50,000 bases of DNA, from NCBI RefSeq assembly GCF_004010195.1, contig NW_025214744.1, positions 1 to 50,000 on the forward strand. Reading direction: 5' to 3'. The notes beneath the pieces were generated by a model. The model saw nothing but the letters and a program-made list of their open reading frames with translations. It did no database searches and had not been told where the DNA came from. Shown here in pieces: positions 1-11,194 of the stretch; the stretch's first letter is position 1, and each line of letters opens with the position of its first letter. The translations under genes were made by a program, and so were the position numbers. This DNA is from Chiloscyllium plagiosum (taxonomy: Eukaryota).

Positions 1-580
1 ACCTCACATCTGTAGTCTGTTTTGTCACCATCTGAAATTCAACTGACTATAGTGGTGTCTTCAGCGAACCTGTAAATGCATTAGTCTGGTATTTGGCGAT
101 GCAGTCATGGGCATACAGTGAGTACAGCAGGGGGCTGAGTACGCACCCCTGGGGGGGTAACTTCAGTGTTCAGTGTTAGTGATGATGAAATATTTTCCCC
201 AATCTTCACTGATTGTGGCCTGTGGGTCTGGAAACTGAGGATCCAGTTGCAGAGAGTGGGGCTTAGTCCGAGATCACTAAGTTTAGTAAAAGTCTCGAAG
301 GGATAATGGTGTTGAAGGCAGAACTGTGGTCAGTGGGTCGGATTCTTATGTAGCTGTTCTTGGTGTCAAGATGTTCTAGGGAGGAGTGAAGGGCAAGTGA
401 CATTGCATCCGATCTGTTGGTCCGATAGGCAAGTTAGAGTGGGCCAAGAGTAATGGGGAGACTGGAGTTAATAATGACCAGCCTTTCAAAGCACTTCATG
501 ACCACCGAAGTTAGGACCACTGGGCAGTAGTCATTGAGACATGCTGCAAGAGCCATCTTAGGCACAGGCTATTGTACTGA
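1..580 (-). mobile_element. Rex1/Babar-clade LINE reverse transcriptase fragment (degenerate, runs off window edge)
   Basis: Minus strand translates to [22 protein letters not shown] (~478-543) and PQGCVLSPLLYSLYAHDC...FAEDTTIV (~48-155), the characteristic Rex1/Babar RT motifs; frameshifted. Confidence 0.8.
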
Positions 581-830
581 AGGTGAGAAGACTCCCTAGT
601 CTTGGCTTTGTTGCCTGCTTAATTGCTTAAATTCAATTGCCTGATGAAGACACATTGATCTCAAACATATGGTACAGGTGTAAGTGCAAAACGTGAGGTC
701 GTTACCCCCGTTTAGGCATTGAGGTACTGGTGTCAATTCAGAAAGTTAAAAAAAAGGTCAGTGAAGAATCTGAGATACCGATCTGAGCAGGTGTGATTAT
801 CCCCTTCCTGGTGGGAGAAGGGAGGAGGAG

Positions 831-921
831 GAATCACCTGATGAAGGGCTTTTTCCTGAAACATTGATTTTCCTGCTCCTCACATGCTGCCTGACCTCCT
901 GTGCTTTTCCAGCACCACTCT
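831..921 (+). mobile_element. Penelope-derived short repeat (terminal region) with degenerate hammerhead motif
   Basis: CTGATGAAGGGC...GAAAC...ATGCTGCCTGACCT...CTTTTCCAGCACCAC; same family as 4177-4350, 15720-16095 and 47298-47533. Confidence 0.7.
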
Positions 922-1148
922 AATCTGTGGAATTCCCTGCCCAGTGAAGCAGTTGAGGCTACCTTGTTAAATGTTTTCAAGTCAAAGATAGATAGATTCT
1001 TGAACAGCAAAGGAAGTAAGGGTTATGGAGAATGGGCAGGTAGGTGGATCTGAGACCACATAAAGATCAGCCATGATCTTGCTTAATGGCAGAAAAGGCT
1101 CAACAGGCCAGATAGTTTACTCCTGCTCCTAGTTCTTATGTTCTTATG
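922..1148 (+). mobile_element. CR1 LINE 3' end fragment
   Basis: CTGTGGAATTCCCTGCCC...GAGGCT 3' ORF2 remnant followed by 3' UTR ending in the tandem tail TTCTTATG-TTCTTATG. Confidence 0.75.
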
Positions 1149-2129
1149 TGATTCCCAAAAGGAAACTCTTACCATCACGTCATTTAAGCCTGGGCCTCCA
1201 GTGATGATTCTTCAGGACAGCAGGCTGTAGTGGGACAGGACTTCAGTATAACTCTGATAAGGCTAATGGGAGGTTCACCTGGCAACCTTTTTCACTGATG
1301 GTGGCGGGGGAGTCCGTCACCCCTAAGACAACCCCTCCTACTCGGCACTCTGAATCCCAGCTTGTGGTACTATCTATGTACAGAGACTGACTGCAGAGTC
1401 TAATTGCTGGCCTCATTGCAAAATTGTATTCAAGTCTCAAAGCAGAGACTAAAGTCCTTGCCTTGAGTCTGATACTGGGATATTAGTCTCATCTCAGATA
1501 AACGGCTGGTCTCAACATTGAAATGAGGAACTAGTCTTCATGCAAAAACTGTGATGTTAATCTCAGTGCATATACTGAGGTGCAAGTGCCACTACAAAAA
1601 TTAAACAGAGTCATTCTTATCAAATGTTAACAAATGACAAGTTTAAAACTTATCTTAATTCCTTGGAAATATGCAACATATAAATAGCACTTTCACCTAC
1701 GTATGCTTTGGTGTCTCAAACTAAATATTTTATGTAAATTTATGCAAAGAAACTTCTATGGAAATTGCATACTTATATTTGTTGGCTGCTCTGCAAAATC
1801 AACCAGCCACTGTTTAGTGTGAAGAGTCTTTTATTTCCTTTGCACAGCAGTGCTATAGCATTTTGCATAAATGTGGTAACAGAGTGTGCATGAGTTCACT
1901 ATTATGTTCTAATAGGTGATCTATAATAACCTCAAAAGTCTCACTATTACAGTCTAATCCCATAAGGTTACTTGCCATAGGTCTTTTGACAAACATTTTG
2001 TATTAATTAAGTGAAAAACTGTAGTTTTTGGTACATTAAAAAACTTGTTATAAAAATAGGAAATTGGAAAGTAATGAATATGGAGCAGAAGATTAGGTTA
2101 ATGTTTCATGTGGGTCATTTTCAAGGAGC

Positions 2130-2440
2130 TTTCTTTTGGAATTGACATTAAACCAAGATCTGTTCTGCTCGTTCAGGTGGATGCAACATATTTGAAGAAG
2201 AGCAAGGGAGTTATCACCAGTGTCCTGACCAATATTTATCCCTCAATCTATATCATGGTAGCAGATCACCTGATCATTACCACGCTACTGTTTGTGGGGA
2301 TTTCCTGCGCACAAATTGATTGTTTCGTTTCCCTACTTTGCCACGGCGAGTACACTTCACCAGTAATTCAACATTGTTATAAATTAATTTGGGAAGCATT
2401 AGTGTCATACAGAAAACTCTACACAATTAAAATACTTTTT
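2130..2440 (+). mobile_element. Deu-domain SINE (SacSINE1/AmnSINE1-like), degenerate
   Basis: GAAGAAGAGCAAGGGAGTTATCACCAGTGTCCTGACCAATATTTATCCCTCAA and CTGTTTGTGGGA...GCACAAATTG resemble the Deu domain and 3' part of DeuSINEs; related copy at 16470-16690. Confidence 0.65.
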
Positions 2441-2629
2441 CCTTTATTTTACATATCTAGCTAAGATGTAGTCTTGAAAGAGCCATTACTCACTGCAATG
2501 CTGAATAGAAAGACCCAAAGTCAAGATTGCTCAGTCATCCAGTATAACTTGTTGTATAGCTTTTATTTCTATTTATATGTTTATATAGACACCTATTCTT
2601 TATATACTTCACTAAAATTTACATAAAGC

Positions 2630-2765
2630 CTCTAATGTAGTAAAATATCCCAAGGTGATTATAAAGCAAAATTTAACACACAAGTTGATATCAGGTCCAA
2701 GAGGTGGATTTTAAGGAGCATCTTAAAGGAAGAATGAATAATTAGAGGGGTGGAGAGGATTTTGA
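2630..2765 (-). mobile_element. L2 LINE 3' end remnant
   Basis: AATGTAGTAAAATATCCCAAGG...TTTTAAGGAGCATCTTAAAGGAAG; reverse complement resembles the L2 3' end at 48304-48510. Confidence 0.5.
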
Positions 2766-3339
2766 AATAGCTATTAATCAAAATGGTGCTGGGTCATGGT
2801 TTCTCTGTGTTCAATTTTGTGAAACCCATAATCAACAGTAAAGATAACAGAGCAACAATCAGTCACCATACACAAGTAATAATGTTCTCTTTATATTTCT
2901 GAATCATCTCAGCTAGTAATTTTGTTTTATTCTCTGGCCCTCCAAACAGAAATCATGATTTGTCCATCTGCACATGGGAAATAGATAAAGTATGTTTGAA
3001 AAGTTAAATTTGTGTGAGTTATAAACAGTACTTCTAGCTTGGGTTTCAAGATCACCAAGACGAGTTCACATGTCCAAGGCAACTGGTACATCTCCATAGG
3101 CAGATTACCCCATTGGAGAAGGCTATTTTGGGTGGTCTTACCAGTTATGGCCCTGAGGGAAATGCCAGCTTGGGATATGAGATCACCCATTTCAAGCTGT
3201 GAACAATTCTCAGATTAGTAGCAAAAAAGAAAGAAAGATCCATTGTCATTTTCTACATTCCTGTTTCATGGTTTACCAATATTTAATTGTTTGCTCACAG
3301 TAGTTCCAAAGGAAAGTAAAACCCATGGAACTTAACTGT

Positions 3340-3630
3340 TTTTATTCATTCATGTGTTGTGTGCTTCACTGACTGGGTCATCCCAGCTGCCCTCGAGAAG
3401 GTATTGGTGAGCTGCCTTCTTGAACTGCTATGATCTATTTAAGGCAAGTAGGGCTGCAATGTTATCAGGATGAGGTTCTGTAATTTTGACCCAGCTACAC
3501 TGAAGAAACTGTGATACATTTTCAAGTCAGGATGGTGAGTGGCTTAGAGGGTAACTTGCAAGTAGTGCTGTTCCAATGTATCTCTGCTCTTGTCTTTTCA
3601 GTTGCTCATGGTCTTGGAAGGGGTTGTCCA
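3340..3630 (-). mobile_element. CR1-group LINE 3' fragment (second family)
   Basis: TTTATTCATTCATG...GAGAAGGTATTGGTGAGCTGCCTTCTTGAAC; related pieces at ~6600-6710 and ~9530-9815, and on the + strand at 40570-41330. Confidence 0.55.
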
Positions 3631-4176
3631 CTTGAACTTTTGTTCTGGTATTCTACTTGCATTACAATAATATTGGGCAGGAGATAAGGCAAATGCTGTA
3701 GCATTATAAATGGATGCAAAGTTTATGATAGTCTACATAATGTACACATGCTATATGCACTTGCATCACTGAAATTCCAGTTTCCTGTCACAGCTTATTT
3801 GGGCCATACTGTTTCTATGTATGCTGTCTGGAAAACTCTGACATTGGAATTGGGCACAAAACATTTTTTAAAGAGTTAGTTTCCCCACTTGAGTCTTACG
3901 ACTTTGAGGAAATATCATTAAAACTTTTAATGTTAAGAAAACGGAGACAGAAACTGGAAGACTGACAACTTACTGTATTCACAGAAACCTCTGCAGTCTT
4001 GGACTTTGTCAAAAGTAACTGTCTTTCATCAATGGCCTGCACTTCTTACACATTTCAGTTTGAAATCCAAAATATCCAGGTCAATATCACAAGGGATTAA
4101 ATGATAATTATATCAAACGTTATTAAATGGAGATATCTACTGCACATTTGCTACTATTTTTAAATCAAAAAATACG

Positions 4177-4350
4177 TCTCCTCCCTACCTTTTATCTTAG
4201 CCTGCTTGGCACACTTTCCTCATTCCTGAAGAAGGGCTCATGCCCGAAATGTCGATTCTCCTGCTCCTTGGATGCTGCCTGACCTGCTGCGCTTTTCCAG
4301 CAACACATTTTCAGCTCTGATCTCCAGCATCTGCAGTCCTCACTTTCTCC
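4177..4350 (+). mobile_element. Penelope-derived repeat carrying a hammerhead ribozyme motif
   Basis: CATTCCTGAAGAAGGGCTCATGCCCGAAATGTCGATTCTCCTGCTCC...CTCCAGCATCTGCAGTCCTCACTTTCTCC; homologous to the copy at 15720-16095, which is contiguous with a GIY-YIG C-terminal remnant. Confidence 0.75.
4222..4257 (+). ncRNA. Minimal type-I hammerhead ribozyme motif
   Basis: CTGAAGA core (4226-4232), extra A, helix II GGGC/GCCC with TCAT loop, GAAA (4246-4249), GTC triplet (4251-4253), short helix I ATTC/GATT. Activity untested. Confidence 0.6.
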
Positions 4351-4436
4351 TATATGTCAAAGTATACTAACATAAGGTACCATCAAGATAATAAATCCTA
4401 ATATGGTGATTAGGCGATGGTGAGTAAATTTCTGTT

Positions 4437-4751
4437 TTGATTAGATTCCCTACAGTATGGAAACAGGCCCTTTGGCCCAACTAGTCCACACCAATCCTCC
4501 AAAGAGTAATCCACCCAGACCCATTTCCCTCTGACTAATGCACCTAACACTATGGGCAATTTAGCATCACTAATCCACCTGACCTACACATTTTTGGATT
4601 GTAAGAGGAAACCAGAGCACCCAGAGGAAACCCATGCAGAAACAGGAAGTATGTGCAAACTCCACACAGACAGTCACTTAAGCCTAGAATCAAACCTGGG
4701 TCCCTGGTACTATGAGACTGCAGTGCTAACCACTGAGCCACCGTGCTGCCC
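4437..4751 (-). mobile_element. HE1-type tRNA-derived V-SINE, full length
   Basis: Minus strand: A box TGGCTCAGTGG, B box GGTTTGATTC, V domain (TGTGTGGAGTTTGCAC...GGGTTTCCTCTGGGTGCTCTGGTTTCCTC), CR1-like 3' end with short AATCT tail. Confidence 0.85.
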
Positions 4752-6089
4752 TGTAAAGGCATTAAAGGTCTTATGGTATATAGAGAGAGTAGGCCTTAGT
4801 GACTTAAGGAGCTAGGTTGGAGTATTGGTGATATCTCAAATGCTTAAAACACCATAGACTGTCAAGCAGCCAGTCAGAAACAAAAACTGTCAATCCTGGA
4901 ATTTGTACAGGAATCCATTTTCAGGAAATCAAATACACTGGGCAAGTAATGTGCTTTGGGTCAAAGGTATTATGTACAGGAAGAGACTCATCTCGAGTCA
5001 CTGACCATTAGCCCCCCCTACAGGTACAGTTCAAAACTACAGCTTATATTCCATTAAGTATGGTACAGTAATTACCACAGTCTGTCTAAAAGCATTTGCT
5101 GACAACCTAGCTCTAAATACTAAACTTCTGGGCTCCAATTCCACGGTTAAATCTTGGCAACCTTTTCAAAATACATAAAATGCACTGAACTATAAATGTT
5201 TTATTGCTTTTATAGTTTGCATTTCCTTGCAGAAAAGTTGCTATTAATCAAACAGTAGGTCATGGTGCTGAGTATTATTCCATCAATATCATTCCTAACT
5301 GGCTGTTTATACTTGGGCTGCTTAAAACTGATCATGAATGTTGAAAAATTTTCATTTAAATGTTTAGTGGGAATGAACTGATGCAGTCAGCCAGATTTCT
5401 GTTTTAACCACAATCCAGTCAAAGCCCCTCCATCTAGTTTATTCCTTATTTTGTTCATGCTATCCTGCAGAAGGTGAGGACAATCCAACTTATGGATATC
5501 TCCACATACATGATCACAGCGACATCTTTTTAGACAATTGACACTTTGTAAAATTGGTGCTAAAGATTGGGCCTAAACATGGGGTTGGTAGCCTCCATGG
5601 CTCTGTAAATCCAGCCTTACAAGAGAGCAGTCAAATCAGTCTACCCACAAAAGGTACTTTCCCACAGAGGTCAGGATCCTACTGACATATATAGGATCAT
5701 GACTTCAATTTTGAGTGCAAACTGTTACGATGGAAGCAAAGGAACAAGAGGTGATCCCCATTACTCCATCAGAACATGATTTGGAGGAGCCGGTGTTAGA
5801 AGAGATTGAACTCCATCAAATACTATGGGCTCTTTGTCTTGCTTCAGGGTCGCCTCACACTCCCTCAGATGTATCCAAGGGCTATGACTTCAACAGAAAG
5901 GGATATAGGACATGAAGCAATAGAATGCCTGAGGACAATTTTGCATCCTCAACCAATGCTGAATTTTGTCACAACAATTCTATGTCCAGGCCACTCACCC
6001 CAGTATCATTTCTGTCTTTCTACATTCTACTTGCTGTAATGTGTCAGCTTGGCATTGTTTAATCCCCTCTCCAGGGCCTGGATGCTTAA

Positions 6090-6240
6090 ACCAGGCTGCC
6101 ATCCAATGCTGATAGATTGCTATATAGTCAGAGCTGTTGGGTGAGAATTGAGGCCTCATTGCCTGCTTGGTTGATGTTAAAGATCACATCGAAGAGCAAA
6201 AAGCAGCTTTGGCCAGCATCCTTCTCTCAACCAGAAATAG
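6090..6240 (+). mobile_element. Deu-domain SINE fragment
   Basis: GATGTTAAAGATCACATCGAAGAGCA...TGGCCAGCATCCTTCTCTCAACCA resembles the Deu core; strongly decayed. Confidence 0.4.
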
Positions 6241-6727
6241 TGCTTGAGGGCCAAGCTCATAATTCTTAAATACTTATCTCAAATAAATTTAAAAATAGCT
6301 CTCCCAGACAGTGATACTTAATGGTTAAGGGCTGCCATTAACATCGCAGGCAGCAAATTCCATGCACATGGACTGAGCATTCATACCCAATATCATACAG
6401 TGTCATTATACCTCAAGTGTTGGTTTGCTTTTAATTAGAAATTCTAAATGTTCCCAGGCTTCAGGCAGATGTCTTATGGCAAAAAGGTTAGAGGCGAATG
6501 AGGCACATAAACCTTGGGAAATGCAAAATACAAGATCAAATACCATCTAGATCATGAATTACCATAAAGATAGTCACATGATTTTCTGTTTCTTCTTTCA
6601 TGAGAATTGCACATAACTGCCAAGACTAGAATTTATCGGCCATTTTTAACTTTCCTTCAGATAATGGTGGTGAGCTGCCTTCTTGAAACACTGCAGTCCA
6701 TAACATCTAAGTGGACTCACAATTATA

Positions 6728-7042
6728 TTAGATTAGATTACCTACAGTGTGGAAACAGGCCATTTGGCCCAACAAGTCCAGACCAACCCTCCAAACAGTA
6801 ACCCACCCAGACTCAATTCCCTCTGACTAATACACCTAACACTTTGAGCAATTTAGTGTGGCCAATCCACCCTAACCTACACATCTTTGGATTGTGGGAG
6901 GAAACTGGAGTACCCAGAGGAAACCCATGCAGACATGGGGTGAATATGTAAACTGCACACAAACAGTCACCCGAGGCTGGAATCGAAGCAGAGTCCCTGG
7001 CGGTGTGAGGCTGTAGTGCTAGCCAATGAGCCACCATGCTGC
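6728..7042 (-). mobile_element. HE1-type V-SINE, full length
   Basis: Colinear with 4437-4751; (TTAGA)n tail on + strand; A box TGGCTCATTGG. Confidence 0.85.
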
Positions 7043-7357
7043 ACAATATTGTTAACAAAAGACTTTGAGGACTTTGACTCAATGACAGTGAAGGAACAGC
7101 AAGGTAATGGAATTGTTGACAACTTGTGGAAATGAATCTCTGTCTGTTAAATTATAAGACGCAACAAGGGGAAAAAAACAGAGATTTGTGATTATTAATA
7201 AAGAGATTTGTGAACCATAACTCTCTGACCAAGTTTCCCTAAGATAAGAAGGGACTGGGGAGAGTGAGTTGAGATGTTTAAAATTCTGATTCTTTTTTAA
7301 TAGGTAGGATAGGAAGCAGGTCTTGTCACAGGAAGAAGACTCAATAAACATTGAACA

Positions 7358-7852
7358 GGGAGACTTTTATGGCACACTGTTTGCCAGAAGGCCTGAGTTC
7401 AAGTCCCACCTGTTTCAGAGATGTATCAATGATCAAGTTGATTTGAAAAATAGGTTAATAAAGACAAAATGTCAGGGCTAGGGCTATTGAGGCAATGTCC
7501 CTATCTCTGGGCCAGGAGGCCTGGATTCAAGTCCCAGCTGCTCTAGGGGTCTGTCATAACATCTCGGTTTGGGAAGTACTGAAAGCGTGAATGAAGCGTC
7601 ACATGTGGCATAGGAAGGTAATTACAGGGCTCTTGTGATGCAGTGGTAATGTTCATATCTCGGAGTCTGAAGATCAGGCTCCGGAGATGTGTAATAACAT
7701 CTGTGAACATGTTGATTTGGAAATTATCTAAGCATAGAACATAGGGCTTTTGTAATAATGTCTTCCCTTGGGACCAGGAAGCCCCAGTTCAAGAATCACC
7801 TGCTCTAGAGATGTATGATGACATCATGAAGTTGGTTGATTTAAAAAATCTG
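7358..7852 (+). repeat. Array of four degenerate ~110-130 bp tRNA-like SINE units
   Basis: Units start near 7358, 7480, 7626 and 7743, each AGGGCT-like...B-box-like GTTCAAGTCCC...GCTCTAGAG/GCTCCGGAG...ATAACATC...GTTGATTT. Confidence 0.6.
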
Positions 7853-8988
7853 AACATAGTATGTACATTTCCAATTATTAGCAAATGAAAAGGCAGGAGC
7901 TGAGATGAATTTTTTTTAATACATTGTAATTACCTGAAATGCATTGTCTGAAAGTTCCAAGAAGAAACGGAATGCTTTGTAGTACTACCCATGTTGCTGT
8001 TTGTGGAACAGGCTGTGTAATATGGTACACAACCTTAGGAAGGGCAACTTTGTGGGCACCCCTTATGTAAGTCAGGAACATACTGTCATTCCTTGATGTT
8101 AGCTACATCAGATTCCCAAGACTCCATTGTAGCCAGCTTCCATGGTATAGAGAGACTTGTCCTCGACAGGGCTTAGAAGACACAACTCTCCCTGTCTCCA
8201 TGTGATCCAGACTGCTCCCTTCTATTGTGTACCACATTGTCTGCAAAGGGCAGGGCAGAATATTAGTGAGTATGTCCGTGTTTCACAGGGTTTGGATAGT
8301 GTGCTGGCCAGAGCAGAATAGTTTCAGTTATGTGGAGGCGGCAAGATAAAGATGTGAAGTGAGTTGCATTGATGAGGATGAGGTGGAGTATTTGGATGTA
8401 GGCATGAGTCCTGATACAGATCCAGACAGGCAAGGGGATGCTGCAGGACGAGTGATGAATGTAGAGCAAATTGGGCAGCATGTGGTGGCTAGCAAATGTT
8501 ATGCAAAGGTGCATTCACTAACCCCGACCTGACATTACGTATTTGATTTCTTGTGGCAATTCTTTGAGATTCTCCAGTTTGGAAGCTGACCACCTGCACT
8601 CAATTCGTTCTGAAGGCTGATGTTGACGGTCTCCTGCACCAATCCCCACCCCCTCCCCAGACCCCAACCCCTGGGAACCATGGCATATCCTCTGTCTGAC
8701 CACCACTAAGGCCTTCAGTATGATAACTAGGATCTTTCACTCCAATCTGACATCTCATTTTACTTAGTTGAGGTTGCAGCAATGATATTCAGCAGCAGCT
8801 TCTTGTCATTCAGATACAGCTTCCTTTTAAGAAGGGAAGACTGCCTTTAAGAAGAGAACACTGGCTACACCAAATGCACCAGCACAACATTGGTAAGCCA
8901 CATGCTGAATGCAAAGCCTGCAGCAGCACTGAAGCTGCACAGCTCAAAACTACAGGGTGGTTGAATCATGAATTGGGATCATTCCGCC

Positions 8989-9045
8989 CCACACACACAC
9001 CTCCCCTCGGCTCCCACACGCACACACACGCACACACATACACAC
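8989..9045. repeat. Interrupted (CA)n microsatellite
   Basis: CACACACACAC...CACGCACACACACGCACACACATACACAC. Confidence 0.8.
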
Positions 9046-9820
9046 TCTTAGATATACTTGCAACATATCATGTCCCAGAAAAAAGGAGGGAGCTCCATGT
9101 ATTTCATCTGAGTGTGACATAGAACAGGCAGTAAAACTTGAGTCTATGAGCCCCACATCACTCTGTGCACATCCCATTTTTTTCCTTTCACCTAATTCTA
9201 CCCAAAGAAAATTAGGGATTGAGAGTTACAGTGGGAAAATGGTTTGAATTCGCAGGGAATTAATTGAGAGCCATTCTCTAATTCAGTGTAAGGTCGTATA
9301 ATAAAGGAGCTGCTTTTTCTGTAATATTCTTTTAATTGTACAGTTGAAAGTTTGACACAAAATAGAGACAGGTGAAAGATCTAAAGGAATTACTGTTTGT
9401 AACAGTCAATGAAGTCATTGGAGATGCAAGCTTCCAAAAACGATGGAGTATTGTGACAAGAACAGGCCCATAAATGATGAGCCGTGCATCGGCCACACTA
9501 TGCTTCCTGAATGCCACTGTTGGCTTTTTTTAAGATTCATTCTCAGGACCTGATTTATTGCCTAGTTTCCTGGTGAAAATTGTGTCAGGCCTTCTCCTTA
9601 AGCTGCTGGTAGCTCAGCCGCTTCAGCGGCACAACAGAGTCCTTTATGTTGGAATGGGATTGGAGTCACATATGGATTAGAGCAGGTTTTGAGAGTTTCC
9701 TTCCCTAAAGGACATTTGTGAACTAACTGAGTTTTTACAACAACCTTTTCCTGATACTGGATTTCTATTTCCTGATTTTCCTGGATCTAAACTCTCAACC
9801 TGCCATGGTTAGATTGATAG

Positions 9821-10053
9821 TGTAATGATTATAATGAGGGCAGCCACACGGATCTCATAGAATATAAGTTTTCTGATTGCAGCTGTTAATCTGGTCCAAT
9901 CGAGAAGCCCTGGCTCACAGATAAGAACAGGAGTATCAGGGGTTCTGTTCAATCTGAGGGCAGCTCTGAGAGAGCCGGATTAATGTCAGGTACGAAACAC
10001 GTAAATAAACGATGACTTGGTGACAGGATACCAGCCTCTGTGCAGTTATTTCA
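9821..10053 (+). mobile_element. Solo LTR (~233 bp)
   Basis: Begins TGTAAT, ends ATTTCA, internal AATAAA at ~10004, flanked by near-identical 5-mers GATAG/GACAG (probable TSD with one change). Confidence 0.6.
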
Positions 10054-10524
10054 GACAGTCCAATAAAACAATCTTGTTGTAACTGTACCCAAGAGTAATT
10101 CACTGCACCATACTTTACACAGGACCTAGATTTATTGCATTTATCTTAAATTGGTAAGAGAAGTCAAATAGTTGATGGACAACATGGTCTCTGCCAAAGA
10201 AGAAAGAAACTTAAAATTGTTAATCACAATTTCTTAACAATACAGTACATCAGATGTATGTGGAATAGGTAACCTCCAGTTCATAACAAATAACTCCAGG
10301 GCCAGATTTTCCTCCTGAATGAAGAAAAAGCCTTTCAAGAATTTTAACCAGATATGGGGTCTGTACTTCAGTGACCTTTAGTGGTCCCATTTGGAGATTA
10401 ACACTCTTCATCTTAGTGGGAATGCTGGCTTCCTGGTCTATGCTGGGACCCAAATGATATCAGTGAGAGTTCCTGACATAGGAAGCTCTTGTTTACAACT
10501 CCTTCATTTTGTGGATTTTTCCTT

Positions 10525-10750
10525 ATAAGAACATAAAAACATGAACCAGAATGAGCTGACTGGGATTTTGAGCCTTCTCCACCATCCAATAAAGTTACAG
10601 CTTATCTTCTGTCTAACCTGCACTTGCCCATTCTATTCCCATATCTCTTGATTCCGTTCGAGTCCAAAACTCTGTGGATCTTGGACTTGAGCATACTTGG
10701 TTATCCACAACTGCCTGGAATACAGCATTCCAAAAATTCCCAATCAGATT
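10525..10750 (-). mobile_element. CR1 LINE 3' end fragment
   Basis: ATAAGAACATAA tail on + strand followed by GAGCCTTCTCCACCATCCAATAA; reverse complement resembles 922-1148. Confidence 0.55.
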
Positions 10751-10756
10751 CTTCCT

Positions 10757-10940
10757 CCCATTCCCTGAGAAAAAGAACAGGAATTAACATCACCAGAGGA
10801 AATTATATCACCACAGGAAATGGCATCACCAACCTAAGGAAACCCAAACATATAAATAGAAAGCAGAAAACACGAGCAGTGCTTTGTCCTGAGGCTCACT
10901 GAAGATGTTACCTGGTATGGTGATGAAATGTCTGAAAAGG
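10757..10940 (+). mobile_element. Penelope-like terminal fragment (second family) ending in a hammerhead motif
   Basis: Three short ATCACCA...GGAAA repeats, then TCACTGAAGATGTTACCTGGTATGGTGATGAAATGTCTGA. Family assignment rests mainly on the hammerhead architecture. Confidence 0.55.
10896..10935 (+). ncRNA. Minimal type-I hammerhead ribozyme motif
   Basis: Helix I TCA/TGA, core CTGAAGA (10899-10905), extra T, helix II GTTACC/GGTGAT with TGGTAT loop, GAAA (10925-10928), GTC (10930-10932). Confidence 0.55.
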
Positions 10941-11194
10941 GAGCAGATATATCAGTACCAGCTGCCTAAGGCCCTAGTAATTATGCCTGACTAAATGTAG
11001 TTGTACTTATTTGCTATCATGCTATAACCTTCTTGTTATCTATAATATTTCCGCTAACGATACTTTATGGTGCAATGTCATCTGGTCAGCCGATAGGAAA
11101 GCAAAGACAAAGGAGAATTGGTGACAGATAACTACCCTAAATAATCCTTACCCAGTACCACATACAGGAAGAGATGACAAATACAAGATGCCAG

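Noticed and set aside
640..672. CTGATGAAGA...TCTCAAAC as another hammerhead
   Set aside because: GAAA absent (CAAA), weak helix II, no family context.
4680..4751. tRNA gene
   Set aside because: A/B boxes belong to a SINE head continuing into the V domain; same for the other SINE copies.
5560..6040. Possible Harbinger transposase remnant or short ORFs
   Set aside because: No readable conserved motif.
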